From sequence record PQ826431.1: a stretch of 64,000 nucleotides of DNA. One strand, written 5' to 3'. Positions within the stretch are counted from its first letter, which is position 1; each line of letters starts with the position of its first letter. The position numbers and the translations under genes are program-made. Source of the DNA: a phage. Positions 59,032 to 64,000 of the stretch are shown here, in pieces. Under the pieces are notes generated by a model. It was not told the DNA's origin. It saw only the letters and a list, made by a program, of their open reading frames with translations, and made no database searches.

Positions 59032-59469
59032 TTAACGTCGCTTGCTACGAGATGAACTCTTTTTACTTAAAGGGCTATTGTAAGATTTACGAGTTGTATA
59101 GCTACTATTTGTTTTAAAAGTTTGTCTCGGCTTTTCATAAGTTTTTATCTCTTGTTTAGGCTTACCATAAAAATTAGTTTTCGGTTTAGGTGTATTATAA
59201 TGCTTATTAATAATCGTTCTGTTATCGTTATAATCCCCACTGTTACGATTACTACCACCACTCATCATATGCCCTAACAACATACCTGTAGCAAACTCAC
59301 CAACACCGCTACTACTAGAACCGCCACCATTGTTGATAATAGTTGTATCTCCGTCAGATCCTTGTTGAGCGTATTGTTGAGGAGGTTGTTGGTATTGTGC
59401 AGGATTTGTTTCATCCTCGCAAGCTGTTAAAAAGATACAACCAATTAAAATCAGGGCTAGTTTTTTCAT
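59032..59469 (-). CDS. lipoprotein
   Basis: ORF track 59032-59544; likely start at MKKLALILIG after AGGAAAG RBS; lipobox LTA-C; Gly/Ser/Asn-rich mature part. Confidence 0.5.
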   Translation of the reverse strand: MKKLALILIGCIFLTACEDETNPAQYQQPPQQYAQQGSDGDTTIINNGGGSSSSGVGEFATGMLLGHMMSGGSNRNSGDYNDNRTIINKHYNTPKPKTNFYGKPKQEIKTYEKPRQTFKTNSSYTTRKSYNSPLSKKSSSRSKRR

Positions 59470-59656
59470 ATTTGCTTTCCTCATTTTGACTATTAATACA
59501 TCTGTGTTTGAAATCTCCAGAGAAGCAATAAAGTTGCTCTCCATCTCGGTATAAACTCACTTTACTGCCGTTGATTACGCTTGTCAATACAAAAATTACA
59601 ACAAACAACCCTATTGCAAAACAAATATTTTCAAACACAATCAACAAGTATTTCAT
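59411..59656 (-). CDS. small membrane protein (uncertain)
   Basis: 81 aa with one TM segment; overlaps lipoprotein start by about 60 nt. Confidence 0.2.
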   Translation of the reverse strand: MKYLLIVFENICFAIGLFVVIFVLTSVINGSKVSLYRDGEQLYCFSGDFKHRCINSQNEESKYEKTSPDFNWLYLFNSLRG

Positions 59657-60003
59657 TTTAAAAATACCTCATCATCAGTTTCATTATCCCAGAAGAACAA
59701 ATCCCAACCATTCGGATCATTCCATTTGGCTGCTGGAGAAGTCCATATTTGTTCGATATCAATATTCAAAACTTCACCGTTTCGTTTTGAAACAGCTTTA
59801 GTTAATTCCCAACGAGATACAGGCTCTACTTCCCCTGAACCACTCCCACAACAAGCTACCACGTTAGGAGGCAAATTAATTGGATCTTTGGTCACGATCA
59901 TAACGCTTACCCCAGGGTAAACTTTTGAAAGATAATCTAAAACGTAATCCACATCACCAGATAAATCCCAAACAAGTTCTTGAATTTCATCAAAATTATT
60001 CAT
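59653..60003 (-). CDS. hypothetical protein
   Basis: 116 aa ORF. Confidence 0.3.
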   Translation of the reverse strand: MNNFDEIQELVWDLSGDVDYVLDYLSKVYPGVSVMIVTKDPINLPPNVVACCGSGSGEVEPVSRWELTKAVSKRNGEVLNIDIEQIWTSPAAKWNDPNGWDLFFWDNETDDEVFLK

Positions 60004-60045
60004 AAGTCTCTCCTATAAAATAGCCTCCCGAAGGAGGCTCATCTA

Positions 60046-61020
60046 TTAAACAGCAGCTTCTTCTTTTTCAGGGAAGATAAAGCTTGCAATAACACCAAGA
60101 GCTAATGTGCTTAGAACAATCATCAGACTTACGTTAGGGGAAATATCATGCGGGAGGAATGACCATTTGGCATGAAGTGTTTCACCGAACGGGTGATACA
60201 TAAGTTTAGCACCGACAAACACCAGAACCACAGCAACAGCTTTCTCTAAGTGAACCAGATATTTCACAGCTACACTTAACACAAAGAAAAGTGCACGTAA
60301 ACCAAGAACAGCCATCAGCATTGCAGAATAAACTAGCAGAGGTTCTTGTGTCACACCGATCACAGCCGGAACTGAATCAAAAGAGAAGACAATATCTGTA
60401 AGCTCAATAACAAACACACAAAGAAGAGCAGGAGTTGCATATTTAATACCATTCTTAATGGTGATGAACTTTTCACCATCCAGTGCATTGTGCACAGGCA
60501 GAACTTTACCTACTAAACGAACAGCCCAATGCTTAGAGTAATCAATATCCTCTTCTTCGTCACCACCTTTGATGATAGCCACGGCAGACCAAGCTACAAT
60601 CAAACCGAACAACACTTGGACCGACCAATGAAGGTTAAACAAAGCGGTCCCTGCTGCAACAAAAATACCTCGGAAGACAATGGCTCCTGCAATCCCCCAA
60701 AGTAAAATCTTATGTTGGAGATGTGTGCTCTTAATTCCAAAGCTTGCAAAAATTGCCATGAACACCATCAGGTTATCTACAGAAAGACTCTTTTCCAACA
60801 CATAGCCACTTAGGAAAAGCGCGGCAAACTCTTTACCATGTTCTACCCAAATGAATGCGTAATATCCTAAAGCTAAAGCAATCCAAAAAACAGACCAAAG
60901 CAAAGCAGATTTAATTCCAATTTCTTTATTCTCTTTATGACCAAAGAAATCGATACCAATAGACAATGCCAAAATACCAACTAAAACAACTACATCAATA
61001 ATTGGGAAACCAAGTTGCAT
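60046..61020 (-). CDS. terC: TerC-family integral membrane protein
   Basis: Multi-pass membrane protein with signature YVLEKSLSVDNLMVFMAIF. Confidence 0.7.
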   Translation of the reverse strand: MQLGFPIIDVVVLVGILALSIGIDFFGHKENKEIGIKSALLWSVFWIALALGYYAFIWVEHGKEFAALFLSGYVLEKSLSVDNLMVFMAIFASFGIKSTHLQHKILLWGIAGAIVFRGIFVAAGTALFNLHWSVQVLFGLIVAWSAVAIIKGGDEEEDIDYSKHWAVRLVGKVLPVHNALDGEKFITIKNGIKYATPALLCVFVIELTDIVFSFDSVPAVIGVTQEPLLVYSAMLMAVLGLRALFFVLSVAVKYLVHLEKAVAVVLVFVGAKLMYHPFGETLHAKWSFLPHDISPNVSLMIVLSTLALGVIASFIFPEKEEAAV

Positions 61021-61037
61021 TCTTTTCTCCTCTCTTT

Positions 61038-61096
61038 GCGGGGAACTATTCCCCGCTTCATGTGATACATCTTACTCTTTTTAAGAACTATGTCAA
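61038..61096 (-). promoter_or_regulatory. putative promoter plus 5'-UTR hairpin upstream of TerC gene
   Basis: On - strand TTGACA, 16 nt spacer, TAAGAT, then GCGGGGA-loop-TCCCCGC hairpin and AGAGGAG RBS. Confidence 0.4.
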
Positions 61097-61099
61097 CAC

Positions 61100-61321
61100 T
61101 TATTTTGTTGAATGAGAGGAAAAGATTCCTCGTAATACAGCCAGAATAAACGAAACACAAACCACGGTCCAGAAGGTTACTGGGACAGTGATATCTGCAT
61201 GACCCATAACTTCAGCAACATAGTTGTAAGCCAGCAACAGTAACCAAGCTGGAATCAAACTAAGCATAAAAGCAATAACAAAAAAGCTTACCACTGCAAC
61301 AATACCTGCAAAAACACCCAT
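61100..61321 (-). CDS. small membrane protein
   Basis: 73 aa, two hydrophobic helices. Confidence 0.35.
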   Translation of the reverse strand: MGVFAGIVAVVSFFVIAFMLSLIPAWLLLLAYNYVAEVMGHADITVPVTFWTVVCVSFILAVLRGIFSSHSTK

Positions 61322-61333
61322 ACTAATCTCCTC

Positions 61334-61807
61334 TTAAAGTTTATAAATAGTCACATCGTGACCTGTTTTTACTAAAGTTTCTTCAATCATCACTTGGATG
61401 ATAGCCCAATTACCTCCAGCATATCCAGCGCCAATCATAGGTAAGCCGATCTTACATTTTTTGTCACGGAGAAGCAAATCGTTAGCCATAGCTATTAGTG
61501 CATCGTAAAGTGCATCATAGTCCAACTGACGACCTTTAGCATTGTATCCGTAACGGTATTGCCCGTATAGATTATATACCAAAGGGTCTGATTGTTCGTC
61601 TGGCACCCCTAAACTAAAACAACCTAGTTTACTTTGATCACCAGCCATTGTGTCTAAGTCTGCTGCATATGCGTAAGGAAATGCTTGTTTGATTTGTGGG
61701 GCAATACCTGCCCCCATATTACACATACAGTTGCAACAATGAGCAATAACAGTTACTTCACCTGCTTTAGCGGCATCAATAAGATTACCTCTTTTCATTT
61801 TAAGCAT
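61334..61807 (-). CDS. macro-domain protein
   Basis: VIAHCCNCMCNMGAGIAPQIKQAF fits macro pattern; ORF track extends to 61912 but AAGGAG-supported ATG at 61807 avoids overlap with upstream gene. Confidence 0.45.
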   Translation of the reverse strand: MLKMKRGNLIDAAKAGEVTVIAHCCNCMCNMGAGIAPQIKQAFPYAYAADLDTMAGDQSKLGCFSLGVPDEQSDPLVYNLYGQYRYGYNAKGRQLDYDALYDALIAMANDLLLRDKKCKIGLPMIGAGYAGGNWAIIQVMIEETLVKTGHDVTIYKL

Positions 61808-61820
61808 TTTTAGCTCCTTA

Positions 61821-62648
61821 TTACAGAATGTGTTGTTTTGTGTAACGATCCAAGAATTCAAAGTTTTCAGCATACTTTGAAATTCGGTTGTAACCTTCTC
61901 CCAAACATCCAAAGAAAAGTTGCTCTACATAGTAATGTGGCAATTGGCTAAGAATGATTTTGAAGTCTTCATGATTTTGGCCCATAAGATACTTAATAGG
62001 ACGAACAAGACACTGTGCATCACGTTCTTCATTAATCATTTTAACAAACGCTTCTGGTGTATTAATGTAGTTAAAATTCAGTTTAGCTTCGGTATCTGCT
62101 TGATTACCTTCGTATTTTGCAAAATACAAGAAGTAAACATCATTTTTAACTTGATTTTCATCAAGGATCTCAATCAGTTTGTCTTCATGCGTTCCAGTGA
62201 TATTTACATCATCAATGAATACAAGCTTCTTATCACCCCAGAATTCTTTGTTGCAGTAGAATGTATCCCCATCAATAAGTTTCTTACGACTAGCTTTATC
62301 CAAGAAACCATAATCGTTGATATAGCTAACTTTACGATGAATAATGTCCAGTTCTGCTGAACGACCTTGATCATATTGTGATTGCAACATATTAAAATAA
62401 TTAATAAAATGATTTGTCATCATTGTTGCAGCATTATGCACATGGTTATAAGGAGAAGGAATGATAACAAATTGTTCCCCAATATGTTTCATTGCCACTT
62501 GAGCAAAAAACTGAAGTGCCAATTCTTTACCCATACGACGCGCAGCTTGGTTACTACCAAATTTTAATTTTGAATAATCTTGGATATCAAAAGTAGCAGT
62601 TTCCAGGTCATCAAATTTATTTGCAAAAATTTGAGTTTGATTACGCAT
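61821..62648 (-). CDS. phosphoribosyltransferase-domain protein
   Basis: PRPP-binding motif KLVFIDDVNITGTHEDK. Confidence 0.55.
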   Translation of the reverse strand: MRNQTQIFANKFDDLETATFDIQDYSKLKFGSNQAARRMGKELALQFFAQVAMKHIGEQFVIIPSPYNHVHNAATMMTNHFINYFNMLQSQYDQGRSAELDIIHRKVSYINDYGFLDKASRKKLIDGDTFYCNKEFWGDKKLVFIDDVNITGTHEDKLIEILDENQVKNDVYFLYFAKYEGNQADTEAKLNFNYINTPEAFVKMINEERDAQCLVRPIKYLMGQNHEDFKIILSQLPHYYVEQLFFGCLGEGYNRISKYAENFEFLDRYTKQHIL

Positions 62649-63297
62649 TTACAATTTCTCCTCTTTTAAGTTTCTCTAGTAAGTCGTTAGGGTTCTTAAT
62701 ATGACAGAAGTTAAATCCTAAGTCAACACATTTTCCATCATATTCTTCACTATCGCCTACGTGCAACACTTCGTGCCCTAACAGAGGGATCGGAGAATAC
62801 GTGAGCGTGCGAGCAAAGAATCGCGGATCTGGTTTACAAAGTAAAGCTTCATCCGAGAAATGGGTGAACTCAAAACAATTCCAACTATCAAACTTACAAG
62901 CACGACGCAGGATATCCCCTGATATGAAGTTGGTATTGCTCTTAATACTCAAATCATAACGCCCTGAAAGATACAGCAAGTATATCGGCAGATCCACGGC
63001 TACGTGTGGTGGAAACTTAAGGAACCACTGTTCACACTCGAAACGAAGCTTTGCAGACTTCCAAGGCGTTATCCCAAGTTCAGAACCAAGTCTTTCCCAG
63101 GCGTATGCTGCACACTCGGCTTTGCCTTGAAGTGCTGCATTATCCAGTTCCTTTTTGATCTTTTTATAAGCTGCTCTTGCTTCCACTTCCGTAATATCTC
63201 CATATTTTGCGATAGTCCAGGCTCGCATGTCTGCGTAATTGGAGTTTGCTGTGATCAGTGTGTTCCATACATCAAAAGAGATATGTTTAATAGTCAT
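62641..63297 (-). CDS. HAD-superfamily hydrolase
   Basis: Motif I ISFDVWNTLI, later K-containing CKPDPRFF and acidic HVGDSEEYD. Confidence 0.55.
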   Translation of the reverse strand: MTIKHISFDVWNTLITANSNYADMRAWTIAKYGDITEVEARAAYKKIKKELDNAALQGKAECAAYAWERLGSELGITPWKSAKLRFECEQWFLKFPPHVAVDLPIYLLYLSGRYDLSIKSNTNFISGDILRRACKFDSWNCFEFTHFSDEALLCKPDPRFFARTLTYSPIPLLGHEVLHVGDSEEYDGKCVDLGFNFCHIKNPNDLLEKLKRGEIVNA

Positions 63298-63298
63298 A

Positions 63299-63904
63299 TT
63301 AAGCCCACCATGCGTCTAAGTTAAGATTACTGTCCACTACCACTTGTTCTATGTGGTAGCCTTTTATCTGTATCCCACTGTTCAAGAGCATATCATACGC
63401 TTCATTGAAACGCAACTTATCTTCTGCGGAATATAAGCGAGCATTATAAAATCGGTAATCAATTTCTTCAGCATTAGAAGAAATACGGAAGAAGTTTGTT
63501 TCTACTTCGGGATCACTTGCTGAAGTCTTAATGTGAACTTCTCCGTAATTTTCTTTACTTAGATCCATGAAAAGAACACAGGCAACATGTTTAAACATTC
63601 GTTCCAGTTTGTAACGAACAACATTGAAACCTGCATTCTCAAGTTTTTCTACACACTGCAACATTAAAGTAGTGTCGAGATCGCTTTGATACTTTGTTAA
63701 CATACGATCACGTTGAGACTTTGTATCCCGATGTAAATCAATTGTTGTGCATTTGGCACCAATAATCTTAGCTGCTTTCATCAACTCTTCAGAACTAACG
63801 TTAGATAAAGTAAGATGAAAATGAGCTTTCCACACTTTTTTAGCAGGGACACCAAAAGATTTATCCCCACTATTCGGCATGTTGACTACTACACTATGTT
63901 GCAT
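63299..63904 (-). CDS. hypothetical protein
   Basis: 201 aa ORF with GAGGAG RBS; contains HLTL, no confident family assignment. Confidence 0.3.
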   Translation of the reverse strand: MQHSVVVNMPNSGDKSFGVPAKKVWKAHFHLTLSNVSSEELMKAAKIIGAKCTTIDLHRDTKSQRDRMLTKYQSDLDTTLMLQCVEKLENAGFNVVRYKLERMFKHVACVLFMDLSKENYGEVHIKTSASDPEVETNFFRISSNAEEIDYRFYNARLYSAEDKLRFNEAYDMLLNSGIQIKGYHIEQVVVDSNLNLDAWWA

Positions 63905-63919
63905 TACTTATCTCCTCAC

Positions 63920-64000
63920 TTAAAATGGAAGTCTTTGAAGTTCATCTCCTCCGATATCAAGTAATTTAGCAACATCTCGATCAGAAAGCAACTCTTTTCT
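63920..64000 (-). CDS. 3' end of a further upstream gene of the same operon (5' outside window)
   Basis: Open frame to window edge ending ...LLDIGGDELQRLPF. Confidence 0.35.
   Translation of the reverse strand, partial: RKELLSDRDVAKLLDIGGDELQRLPF

Noticed and set aside
61038-61056. Possible yybP-ykoY-type manganese riboswitch ahead of TerC
   Set aside because: The leader is only about 50 nt with a single hairpin, too short for that riboswitch; kept only as a simple hairpin.
63299-63904. 2H phosphoesterase (LigT-like) assignment for the 201 aa protein
   Set aside because: Only one clean H-x-T-x motif (HLTL); the second candidate (HIKT) does not fit, so the call was left as hypothetical.
1-64000. 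CRISPR arrays, tRNA or rRNA genes
   Set aside because: No spaced direct repeats were found and intergenic gaps are all under about 120 nt, too small and unstructured for tRNAs; a dedicated tRNA scan was not possible by eye.

Overview
The window reads as part of a tailed dsDNA phage (or prophage) genome, with two convergent gene arms meeting at a bidirectional terminator near 38.5 kb. The + strand arm (1-38.5 kb) carries a spanin pair, a large terminase interrupted by a mini-intein, portal, XkdF-like protease, scaffold, decoration protein, a lambda gpE-like major capsid protein, and a contractile-tail module (sheath, tube, chaperone with a -1 frameshift site, tape measure, baseplate, several fibres/tailspikes). 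The - strand arm (38.5-64 kb) carries an HNH endonuclease, SSB, a family A DNA polymerase interrupted by an intein, a gamma-class DNA methyltransferase, a T7 gp4-like primase-helicase, four glycosyltransferase-like genes, and a secreted SleB-like hydrolase. The most notable region is 53.4-63.9 kb: a co-directional Ter-type cluster (TerD, TerF-C-like vWA, TelA-like, SprT-like protease, TerC, macro domain, phosphoribosyltransferase, HAD hydrolase) inside the phage replication arm. All functional calls come from motifs read by eye in the supplied translations; no database search was run. Regulatory-site coordinates are hand-counted and may be off by 1-2 nt. No rRNA, tRNA or CRISPR array was seen.
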